A DNA stretch of 64,000 bases from Eledone cirrhosa (taxonomy: Eukaryota): contig OZ024748.1 in NCBI GenBank assembly GCA_964016885.1, positions 42,656,001 through 42,720,000 on the forward strand, read 5' to 3'. Positions 12,715 to 23,019 of this stretch are shown one piece after another (position 1 is the stretch's first letter; each line of letters begins with the position of its first letter). Position numbers and translations under genes: made by a program. The notes below the pieces were generated by a model. It searched no databases. It was not told the origin of the DNA and saw only the letters and a list, made by a program, of their open reading frames with translations.

Positions 12715-12783
12715 GAGATAGATAGATAGATTAAATGGATAGATTAAACTTTAATCTGTTCTTATAACAAATATTTGCTCTTC

Positions 12784-12845
<62 letters not shown>

Positions 12846-13343
12846 TAACTGCCAATACTGGAATTGAATAATCAAAACAGTATCGGTATGTCACATATCA
12901 AATCTTATATTTTGTCTGATGAAAACATACTTAAACACCATTGTACCTTTGAAATATGTATAATAAAATATATATTTTGATTGTGAGGATGTTTTTCATT
13001 TATTAACATTTTGAATAATATATATATATATATATTAATCCAAAATATTAACAAAAATAGACATTCGTGTGATCAAAAATATTTAATTATACATATTTCA
13101 TGCCATGACTGAATCTTAACCATCTACTAAGTCAGGGTATGTCATGCATCATCTTATTTTATCTGGTGAGGATAGCTCAGTACCTCTGAAATATGTATAA
13201 TTAAATATTTTTGATCACACAAATGTCTATTTTTGTTAATATTTTGGATTAATATTAATTATTCCGGAAAACCATTTCTGTTGAGCGCTTCCAATCTATG
13301 GTAAAACTCATTCTTTGATTTATTCATTGAACCTTGTTTAACC
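12846..13343. mobile_element. Penelope-like pseudo-LTR fragment with internal inversion, in (TA)n
   Basis: 12846-13159 is repeated directly at 17731-18044. Inverted repeat 13032-13100 / 13187-13255. Contains hammerhead motifs. Confidence 0.65.
12906..12972 (+). ncRNA. Minimal type I hammerhead ribozyme motif
   Basis: Stem I TATATTTTGT/ATAAAATATA, core CTGATGA, weak stem II, GAAA, TATGTA mini stem III, then TA. Confidence 0.6.
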
Positions 13344-13345
13344 TT

Positions 13346-13400
<55 letters not shown>

Positions 13401-13412
13401 CAGGAAAGAAGA

Positions 13413-13805
13413 GTGACACGGTTTGCTATACAAAAAAGGTTTTTAATCTCATTGCTATATAAAAAAAGGTTTTTAATCTCATCTTATGCGTATAGCATAA
13501 GATGTACTGAAGGACAATGTAGAGACAAAAATATAGTGTACATAGGTGAGACAGCTCGTAGTGTAGGGGAACGGATAAATGAACACTGGCGAGACCTTCA
13601 AGATAATAAAGAATCATCTGTACTCTACCAACATGCTAAGATAGAGCACAAGGGTAAATTAGAGAACATAGAAATAAAAATAGAATCTACACACAGAAAA
13701 GACGCAATGTTTAGACAAATTACAGAGGCAATAAACATAAAAGAATTACAACCAAAATTAAATAGAAAATATGAGTGGAACAGCAACATCACAACTTACA
13801 ATTAA
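13413..13805 (+). pseudogene. PLE GIY-YIG endonuclease C-terminal fragment (CCHH type)
   Basis: AYSIRCTEGQC...VYIGETARSVGERINEH...LYQHAKIEH...RQITEAINI...LN. Confidence 0.85.
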
Positions 13806-13991
13806 GAACAAAATGAAAACACACACACACATAGAACAAACAACCAACCACTAACATGTAAATAAACACATAAACACACACAGACACCCGGATGTGGCGC
13901 ATGCGCAGACTGAGCACACAACACACACACAGAAACAAAATGGCGTAGGACAGAACAAAGGAGAGGCACAGAAACAAAGAAAGAAATCCCC

Positions 13992-14036
13992 AGTCACTGA
14001 AGAGGTCACAGAGTGTGTGACGAAAGAACTATGACT
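13992..14036 (+). ncRNA. Minimal type I hammerhead ribozyme in the PLE 3' region
   Basis: AGTCA-CTGAAGA-(G)GTCACA gagtg TGTGAC-GAAA-GAAC-TA-TGACT. Core intact, about 190 nt downstream of the GIY-YIG stop. Confidence 0.8.
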
Positions 14037-14174
14037 ATATATAAACAACTATCTGGTTGTGGAACCAACCAACCAGAAATTTATAAATTTGTAAATTTAT
14101 AAATATATAATAAACTGAAGTGAAAGCAACTGGAGCGTGTGTTTCTTATTGGCAACATGACCCTCCCAAAGTAT

Positions 14175-14236
<62 letters not shown>

Positions 14237-14431
14237 ATTTTGATCTTGTATTTGTATCAGTACTGCCGGTAATATATATATATATATGTGTGTTTGTGAG
14301 TGGTGTGTGTGTTTGTATGAATGAATGAGTGTTGGTATGTGAGTGGTGTGTGTGTGGTTGTGGTTTGTATGCATGAGTGTTGGTGTGTGAGTGTGTGCGT
14401 GTGCGTCGTGTCAATAAGTTTTTTTTTTTTT

Positions 14432-17400
14432 ATGACCATGCTGTAAAATGGAGGGGTAGAGAGGGCCCTTGAGTCTAGTAAGACATCCTCTCTAGTGCTG
14501 GTGGCACAAATAAAAGCACCCAGTCCATGCTGTAAAGTGGTGCTGGTGTTAGGAAGGGCATCCAACCAGTGTATCAATGCCAAAACGCTTATCAGCACAG
14601 CAACAAATAGGAACAACAACAAAATATGAAGACGTCGCATCTCAGAGTTGCAACACTTAATGTTGGCATTCTCAGAGGTAGATCTGCTGAAATAGCGGAG
14701 ATGCTGGAGAGAAGGCAGGTGGATGTGTGCTGCGTGCAAGAGGTGAGATGGAGAGGTGCCTCTGCGAGACTTGTCGTAGGCAAACGTCTTAGCTATAAGC
14801 TATTCTGGGTAGGTAAGGATGATGGGTTAGGGGGAGTAGGCATTTTCCTGGCTGAGAAATGGATCAATAAGACAATAGAGGTAGCTCGAGTTAGTAATCG
14901 AATAATTAAGCTTAGATTAGTTGTAGGTAGGAGACTACTGACAATCATCTCGGCCTATGCTCCCCAAGCAGGCCTAGGCAAAGATGAGAAAGACTGCTTT
15001 TATGAGCAACTTTTGCAAACAACCGCAATGGCAGAGGACGGAGACATCGTTATGCTAGCAGGAGACTTCAATGGTCATGTTGGACAGCTCCAGGATGGTT
15101 ACACTGGGGTACATGGTGGGCACGGTTACGGTTCAAGAAATGAAGAGGTAGTGAGACTTCTTGAATTGTGTGATGCAGGTACATTGACTATTTGCAACAC
15201 AAACTTCCAGAAACCTGCCAATCACCTAATAACCTACAAATCTGGTGAGCACATAAGCCAGATTGACTTCTTACTAGTTAGGCAGCGGGACAGGCAGATA
15301 GTGTCTAATACCAAGGCATACCCTGGGGAAGAATGTACCCCACAGCATAGGTTAGTTGTTAGTGATATCTCAGTAAGTAAGAGATGGAATGAGACATATA
15401 GGAAGGTGTGGAGAAGAAAGGTCTGGAAGCTAAAAGACCTTTCACTAAAATACAAATTTAGGAAAGCCCTTCAAGATGTATATGACGAAAAAGAAGACGA
15501 TTTAGAGACGTATGACATAGATAATAACTGGAATTTCTTACGTGACAACTTGCTGCAGGCTACTGATGAAACTTGTGGCTGGAGCAGAGCTCCAACCAGA
15601 GAGAGAGTGACATGGTGGTGGAACAGCACAGTAGATAAGGCTATTAGAGACAAAAGACTAGCATGGAAGGTTTGGAAAAGGGGTGGGAGTAGGGAAGAAT
15701 ATACAGCCACTAAGAGAGAAGCTAGACGTCAGGTGTACTTAGCACGCAGAGAGGCAGAGAGTAGGAGGTTTGCCAATGTTCTGCGACGGGAAGATCAGAG
15801 GCGTGCGGTGTTCCACATTGCAAGGCAGTGTGTCAATGCAAATCAGGATGTTGTTGGAGATAAATGTGTCCAGGATGATGCCGGTGTACTTAGTGTCACA
15901 AATGATCAGAAAAAGGAGGCCTGGAAATGTCATTATGAGAGACTGATGAATGTGGAGAACAAATGGGAGAGAGAGAAATTACACTTGGTAGATCCAACAG
16001 AGGGACCAGCTATTGAGATTGACGAATATAGGGTCCAAGAGGCGATTAGGGAAATGAAAAATGGTAAGGCTGCCGGACCATCGGGAATAGTTGCTGAGAT
16101 GCTGAAGGCATCAGGGGACGTAGGCACTAAACTGGTTGCACACATCATCAATCAGGCTATATATGGTGGTGTCATACCCAAAGACTGGTGCAGCAGTATT
16201 CTCATAAATTGCTACAAAGGTAAAGGGGATGCTTTGGAGAGGAGCAATTATAGGGGTATAAAACTGATAGATCAGGTTATGAAAGTGGCAGAAAGGATTT
16301 TAGCACAACTAATTAGAGAAAGGGTCAAACTAGATGAGATGCAGTTTGGTTTTGTGCCTGGGAAGAGTACAACAGATGCCCTCTTCTTGGTGAGACAATT
16401 GCAAGAGAGGTTCTTAGAGAAGAATAAGCCACTATACTTAGCCTTTGTTGACCTAGAGAAGGCCTTTGATAGAGTACCCCGATCTGTCATCTGGTGGTCC
16501 CTAAGGAAGCTAGGTGTTGAGGAATGGCTTGTGAGGACAGTGCAAACTTTGTACAGAGGTACTCTCAGTAAAGTCAGGGTAGGAATGGAGTTTAGTGAGG
16601 AATTCCAGATACAAGTAGGAGTACATCAGGGTTCGATCCTCAGCCCACTCTTGTTCATTATAGTCCTCCAAGCCATAACAGAGGAGTTTAAGACTGGCTG
16701 TCCATGGGAACTTCTCTATGCTGACGATCTGGTTCTTATAGCAGAATCAGTAGAGGAGCTAGAGAATAAATTCTGGCTATGGAAACAGCAGTTGGAAGCA
16801 AGAGAACTGAGAGTGAATCTGGCTAAGACAAAAGTGTTGATGAGTAGGAAAGAGGACAAAACCCTGATTGCGTCAGGGAAATGGCCATGTTCGATATGCA
16901 GAAAAGGAACTGGCATAAATTCTATAAAATGCACACAATGCAGATCCTGGGTACACAAGAGATGTAGCGGGATAGCAGGCAAGCTAACAGGTAGGGAGAA
17001 ATATGTATGCAGTAGATGTACAGGGAAATTAGACAGTAGAAGTCGCATTGATAGACACATTTTTCAAATGCAGGCGAGTGCTATAGAAGTGGTGGATAGC
17101 TTCCGGTACCTAGGAGATCAGATTAGCATGGGAGGAGGGTGTTCCGAGGCCATAGTATCTAGAATAAGGACGGGTTGGAAGAAGTTTAGGGAGCTGCTTC
17201 CTCTGTTGACGAAAAAGGGTTTCTCCCTGCGTACGAAAGGGCGGCTGTATGATGCCTGTGTGAGGAGCGTGATGCTGCATGGTAGTGAGACATGGGCAGC
17301 AACTGCAGAGGATATGCGACGGCTGGAGAGAAATGAGGCAAGCATGCTCCGTTGGATGTGCAGTGTAAATGTGCGTGAATGACCCAGCATAAATGTGTTG

Positions 17401-17714
17401 AAAGAGAAACTGTGTCTGAGAGGGATAGAATGTAGTGTACGGGAGAGGAGACTGAAGTGGTATGGACATGTGATGCGCATGGAGGATGACCGATGGGTGA
17501 AGAAGTGCCAGGAAATGCCAGTTGAAGGAAGACGTGGTAGAGGTAGACCATGAAAAATATGGGCGGAGGTGGTGAGAACAGACCTCAGATCATTGAAGCT
17601 CACGGTGGAGATGACGAAGGATCTTGACGAGTGGAGAGATGCTGTGCTGAATAAGACCCGTCCCACCCTTGCAAACAGGGAAAAGCGGACGTAAAATGAT
17701 GATGATGATGATGA
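14432..17714 (+). mobile_element. RTE-clade LINE, near full length, with (GAT)n tail
   Basis: Single APE-RT ORF, RTE-type C-terminus RLKWYGHVMRM...GRRGRGRP, 3' CCGTCC/GGACG stem and (GAT)n at about 17697-17714. The 5' boundary is approximate. Confidence 0.93.
14626..17694 (+). pseudogene. RTE ORF (APE + RT with inserted C4HC3 finger); 918 aa open, then two in-frame TGA stops
   Basis: Motifs LNVG, QE, YAPQ, GDFN, KAAGPSG, YRGIKL, DLEKAFD, QGSILSP, YADD, FRYLG. TGA at 17380 and 17551; the frame continues to TAA 17692-17694. Confidence 0.92.
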
Positions 17715-17730
17715 TATATATATATATATA

Positions 17731-18181
17731 TAACTGCCAATACTGGAATTGAATAATCAAAACCGTGTCGGTATGTCACATATCAAATCTTATATTTTGT
17801 CTGATGAAAACGTACTTAAACACCATTGTACCTTTGAAATATGTATAATAAAATATATATTTTGATTGTGAGGATGTTTTTCATTTATTAACATTTTGAA
17901 TAATATATATATATATATATTAATCCAAAATATTAACAAAAATAGACATTCGTGTGATCAAGAATATTTAATTATACATATTTCATGCCATGACTGAATC
18001 TTAACCATCTACTAAGTCAGGGTATGTCATGCATCATCTTATTTAAACAAGGTTAAACAAGGTTCAATGAATAAATCAAAGAATGAGTTTTACAATAGAT
18101 TGGAAGCGCTCAACAGAAATGGTTTTCCGGAGTTATTAATATTAATCCAAAATATTAACAAAAATAGATATTCGTGTGATC
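17731..18181. mobile_element. Second copy of the PLE pseudo-LTR fragment, rearranged
   Basis: 17731-18044 is nearly identical to 12846-13159. 18051-18181 is the reverse complement of about 13213-13343. Confidence 0.7.
17791..17857 (+). ncRNA. Minimal type I hammerhead ribozyme motif (paralogue of 12906-12972)
   Basis: Same architecture, with better stem II pairing (AAA-C-GTAC / GTAC-C-TTT). Confidence 0.65.
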
Positions 18182-18406
18182 CTGAAATGTTCTTGGATTT
18201 AGGTTCATTAGTTGAGAGTCAAGGGTGAGGAAGTTGTGTTGACAGCAGCTGAAAAGAGATATATTTATGGGTTGATAAAGTACTTGCAGACATTACTGTG
18301 GTGTAGAAAAAAGAAGGCTAGAATGTACTTAATGATTATATTTCTTTGGTGGTCCGTGCAGTATTGTGGATATCATAAGTTGAAAGCTATGTTACATCGG
18401 TTCAAT

Positions 18407-18781
18407 TCACGGAGGCTTAAATCTTATGAATTTAGTGGTGATCCTGTGTCTGCAGAAGATAGATCTTTCTAACTTGTTGTTGAGTAGCCTTTTTACATTC
18501 CTAAGTATATATAGTAATTCTAGATCACAGACCCTACAGTGGGACATACCGGTACTGTAAGCCCTTGCGGCCGACAACCTCGACCAGTTGATATTGTAGT
18601 GGGTGTTATTGTCCTTAAGTTCCCAGATTTTTTTGGCGAGGGTTGTAGAACCCATAAGTGCACGGTTTTTCATCGAGTGTCTGTGCACATACCATCTTTT
18701 TTTAAAAGTACCCACGGTGGATCCAATGTAATGCCAAGTGGAGGTGTCTGAGTTGACCGTACACATGTACACTAAGCTCAA
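18407..18781 (-). pseudogene. PLE GIY-YIG endonuclease fragment (same type as the ORF at 49-51 kb)
   Basis: LVYMCTV...YIGST..FKKRW..H..S...TTLA..IW.LK....W...CRVC..E...I...LLN.....CRH. Confidence 0.85.
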
Positions 18782-18963
18782 ATCTATAAAATTCTATAGA
18801 ATTCTTTCTGCCTTTGTTACTCTAAATATAAATTATAGCTTTAAAGAATTAGCTTTTAATGAATTCCCTTTTCTATCAACCAATGACCTCTACCCATCCC
18901 ACTCCCTACCTTCTCCTACCACCTGAAGAGACCTATAAATACCATATTTATTTTTTGATATCC

Positions 18964-19014
18964 AGATTCATGATGATTTCTAAAGAATGAAACAGTTCTA
19001 GTCCTGTAGAATCT
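18964..19014 (+). ncRNA. Degenerate hammerhead-like motif (related copy at about 57941-57988)
   Basis: AGATTC-aTGATGA-TTTC taaa GAAT-GAAA-CAG..CTG-TA-GAATCT, with C3 replaced by A. The 26-nt AATGAAACAGTTCTAGTCCTGTAGAA recurs at 57961. Confidence 0.45.
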
Positions 19015-19117
19015 CTTCTATATTAAAACTATATATATATATATATATAATTGAATATAAAAGAGAGATAAACACAGATATAAACATACATGTGGTCAAA
19101 TCATAAGGAACCAACCA

Positions 19118-19189
19118 CCCACTTAAGAGCAAAGAATTGATAATTTCCTTCGCTAAAATTGCGAAACAGCCTATCATAAGCTGTCTGGG
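19118..19189 (+). ncRNA. Type I hammerhead motif with a core substitution, inside a ~325-bp element bounded by inverted repeats
   Basis: CCCA-CTtAAGA-GCAA...TTGC-GAAA-CAGC..GCTG-TC-TGGG. Flanking IRs at about 19045-19093 and 19323-19369. Confidence 0.6.
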
Positions 19190-19447
19190 GGTTCCAGCAG
19201 TTGCCCAATATAGGTTTGTATTCCTTTTCTTGATTTATTATTTTAAATTAGGTCTGGCAAACCTTATAGTTAATAATTAATATTTTTTCACCCTAGCGAA
19301 CCAGGTCCCTTACGATTTGAATACATATATGTTTATATCTGTGTTTATCTCTTTTATATTCAATTATATTACACGGCTCAGAAAAAACTCTTTCTTTGAG
19401 CTATTTAATTGTAAGAGACTATTTTAAGTTTCTAACTCAATATATAC

Positions 19448-19488
<41 letters not shown>

Positions 19489-19984
19489 ATGTGTGAGATC
19501 CTTGGTACAGTTAAGTATATTTGAAAAAAAGGAAAAGAATGACTTCACTTGTAGTGTTAAAACATTTTATGATTTAATGTTATAATATAATATTATAATA
19601 TTATGAGTTGGTAGATCCAGTAAGTTCTTTGTGAACTTCAGTGGGAAGAATTTTAGAGATTCCTGGTTAACTTGGGTTGGAGAACTTTCTCGCATTCGTC
19701 TGTCTGTGGCGATTGTCAAACTGAGATCAGATTGTGTTGAAATGTGTGACTATATATAGGAGAGATTTGGATGTGTCTGGAGTGTGGCGTGTGGTGTTAA
19801 TGAGTGTTGATGATGATGAAGGTCCTTAGGAATTAAAGTATACATACATACACACACACTTCTTCTTCTTCTTCTTCTTCTTCTTCTGAATGTGTTGATA
19901 ACATTGTGCAGTATTTCCAAATATTTGTGTCAGTTTCAGAAAATTTCTGACAATTCCAGCTATATTGACAGTAAAATAAGAAAG

Positions 19985-20077
19985 ATATTGGTTTCTGATG
20001 CCAGCAATTTGGGGGAAGGGGAAAGTCGATTAAATCGACCCAGTAAGGATGAAAGGCAAAGTTAGCTTCGACGGGAT
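19985..20077 (-). mobile_element. Internally deleted SINE fragment
   Basis: AAGGATGAAAGGCAAAGT and GCCAGCAATT are shared with the SINE copies at 22.7 and 56.2 kb. Confidence 0.6.
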
Positions 20078-20595
20078 TGTTGGTGTTAAAAAAGTTTCAC
20101 TGATTAAAACAAGACAGAAAAGTTCCTTGATTAGTTGCTGAGAGGTATTGTTGTTTTGTGTAAACTATTGTTACCTGGTTATTCTGGAGCACCTGTCTAT
20201 CAGAGGTGATATTTAGATAACCTGAAACTATCACCATTCCTAATACTGTCTAATTTGTACACATTTTATCATAACCATATGTTTCAACAAAGAAGGAAAG
20301 ACTACAACTTCAAAAATTTCATGTTAAATCATAATTTTTATTATTGAGAAAACATAATTTAAGATTTATGGCTTATTTAGACCTTAATTCTTAAATTATG
20401 ATGGGATTCCCCATTCCCTTTGTCGTAGTCAAAAAGCAGTCTTGGTTTCCTTTAGAAATTTCCCAGGAAAGCCCTGGGCTGGATCATTTCTTATTTATAA
20501 TGGATATTCTGTAAAATATATTCTAATGGTAATTTAGAATTAACTTTGCAGCTAAATTAGCACAAGAAAGGTTAAGAGCCGAAAGATTTGCTTCA

Positions 20596-22309
20596 CTGAA
20601 GACCTTCTACTGTCCAGCTCTCCTGAGAGTTTCTTCTCTCAAGACATTCTACTGTCCAGCTCTCCAGAGAGTTTCTTCTCTTAAGACCTTCTGCTGTCCA
20701 GCTCTCCTGGGAGTTTCTTCTCTGAAGACCTTCTGCTGTCCAGCTCTCCAGAGAGTTTCTTCTCTGAAGACCTACTGTCCAGCTCTCCAGAGAGTTTCTT
20801 CTCTGAAGACCTTCTACTGTCCAGCTCTCCTGGGAGTTTCTTCTCTTAAGACTTTCTGCTGTCCAGCTCTCCAGAGAGTTTCTTCTCTGGAGACCTTCTG
20901 CTGTCCAGCTCTCCTGGAAGTTTCTTCTCTGAAGACCTTCTACTGTCCAGCTCACCTGAGAGTTTCTTCTCTAAAGATCTTCTGCTGTCCAGCTCTCCTG
21001 GGAGTTTCTTCTCTGAAGACCTTCTGCTGTCCAGCTCTCCAGAGAGTTTCTTCTCTGAAGACCTTCTGCTGTCCAGCTCTCCAGAGAGTTTCTTCTCTGA
21101 AGACCTACTGTCCAGCTCTCCAGAGAGTTTCTTCTCTGAAGACCTTCTACTGTCCAGCTCTCCTGGGAGTTTCTTCTCTTAAGACTTTCTGCTGTCCAGC
21201 TCTCCAGAGAGTTTCTTCTCTGGAGACCTTCTGCTGTCCAGCTCTCCTGGGAGTTTCTTCTCTGAAGACCTTCTACTGTCCAGCTCACCTGAGAGTTTCT
21301 TCTCTAAAGATCTTCTGCTGTCCAGCTCTCCTGGGAGTTTCATCTCTGGAGACCTTCTGCTGTCCAGCTCTCCTGGGAGTTTCTTCTCTGGAGACCTTCT
21401 GCTGTCCAGCTCTCCTAGGAGTTTCTTCTCTGAAACCTTCTACTGTCCAGCTCTCCTGAGAGTTTCTTCTCTGGAGATCTTCTTCTGTCCAGTTCTCCTG
21501 AGAGTTTCTTCTCTGAAGACCTTCTACTGTCTAGCTCTCCTGAGAGTTTCTTCTCTAGAGACCTTCTGCTGTCCAGCTCTCCTGGGAGTTTCTTCTCTAA
21601 AGATCTTCTGCTGTCCAGCTCTCCTGGGAGTTTCTTCTCTGTAGACCTTCTGCTGTCCAACTCTCCTGGGAGTTTCTTCTCTGAAGACCTTCTACTGTCC
21701 AGCTCTCCAGAGAGTTTCTTCTCTGAAGACCTTCTACTGTCCAGCTCTCCTGGGAGTTCCTTCTCTGAAGACCTTCTACTGTCCAGATCTCCTGAGAGTT
21801 CCTTCTCTGAAGACCTTCTACTGTCCAGCTCTCCTGGGAGTTCCTTCTCTGAAGACCTTCTACTGTCCAGATCTCCTGAAAGTTTCTTCTCTGAAGACCT
21901 TCTACTGTCCACCTCTCCTGAGAGTTTCTTCTCTGGAAACCTTCTGCTGTCCAGCTCTCCTGGGAGTTTCTTCTCTAAAGATCTTCTGCTGTCCAGCTCT
22001 CCTGGGAGTTTCTTCTCTGAAGACCTTCTGCTGTCGAGCTCTCCTGGGAGTTTCTTCTCTGAAGACCTTCTGTTGTCCAGCTCTCCTGAGAGTTTCTTAC
22101 CACTACAATTTGTTAGAATAGCCACCTCTATGTTCTTATGGTAGAAATTGGCCAGAAACTCTTTGGCACTAAGTTGTTCTAGTATAGAATTTAAGGACTG
22201 AAATGCTCACTTAAGTGGTGTTTCTTCTCTGAAGATCTTCTGCTGTCCAACTCTCCTGAGAGTTTCTTCTCTGAAGACCTTCTGTCCAGCTCTTCTGAGA
22301 GTTTCTTAC
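20596..22309. repeat. 42-bp minisatellite (CTGAAGACCTTCTRCTGTCCAGCTCTCCTGRGAGTTTCTTCT): about 36 copies to 22098 plus 2 copies at 22220-22309
   Basis: Directly visible, with 39-bp variants and a 333-bp (8-unit) duplication between about 20.6-20.95 and 20.97-21.3 kb. Confidence 0.97.
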
Positions 22310-22698
22310 CTCTTAACTTTGTAGCTAAATTAACAAAATAGAATAGTAAAATGTTTAAAAGATACCATGCCATTCAATTCTGTTAGTAAAAGTTGGCTGA
22401 TACTCCGTCAGTAGCGACGATGAGTTATCACTTATTAAACGAACGGAATTCCTACTCGTGAAATTATAGTTTATATGGCTGAATACTCCACAGTCACATC
22501 TACTCATAGCACACAGTTCTCGGATATATTGAACGTAGATAAGTATGTGTGAGGAATCGATCCCTGAAAGTTTGAAAAGCGAAGTTGATATCAACAAGAT
22601 TTCTACTTTGAGAGAAAAGCCGAAAAAAATGCGGCAACACTCTAACGATCCGACCAATTCGTCGCCATTGGTAAGAAGCTTTTATTATCTAGTTCTAT

Positions 22699-22845
22699 GC
22701 ATAGTTCTAGCATAGTTACGTCCCTTTACAGTCTGAATTCAAATCCCGCCGAGGTTAACTTTGCCTTTCATTCTTACGGGGTTGATAAAATAAAGTACCA
22801 ATAATGTACTGGGTATTTGCTGGCCTTGTGCCTAAAGTAGAAATA
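22699..22845 (+). mobile_element. 5'-truncated tRNA-derived SINE with 15-bp TSD
   Basis: B-box-like GAATTCAAATCC, central GCCTTTCATTCTTACGGGGTTGATAAAATAAAGTACC (resembles a MetaSINE-type domain, from memory), TSD ATTATCTAGTTCTAT at 22684-22698 and 22846-22860. Confidence 0.85.
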
Positions 22846-23019
22846 ATTATCTAGTTCTATCATTATCAATTATCTAGTCATACACCAGTCCTCAACTGAA
22901 CACTGTACATTAGTGTTTTGACACATGAATGATACAAAGACATAAGTAAAATATGTGAAATATATTATAATTTTTTTCTTGGTAGACATATAGTAATGTT
23001 AAAAACATATGTTCTCTCT

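Noticed and set aside
17380-17553. Selenocysteine or readthrough at the two RTE TGA codons
   Set aside because: The positions are not Cys-like (one is an expected Arg), no SECIS was recognised, and point mutation is simpler.
20596-22098. Tandem hammerheads suggested by CTGAAGA in each 42-mer
   Set aside because: No GAAA and stem arrangement on the same strand.
20593-22125. 14-aa repeat protein (SWTAEGLQRRNSQE or ELDSRRSSEKKLPG)
   Set aside because: Both frames are broken by variant units and by a 1-bp deletion near 21435, so no continuous frame spans the array.
22101-22373. Minus-strand exons with G|GTAAGA donors (signal-peptide-like MAWYLLNILLFYF; SLNSILEQLSAKEF...)
   Set aside because: Phases fit only with ad hoc acceptors, no recognisable protein results, and the model competes with the equally weak plus-strand one.
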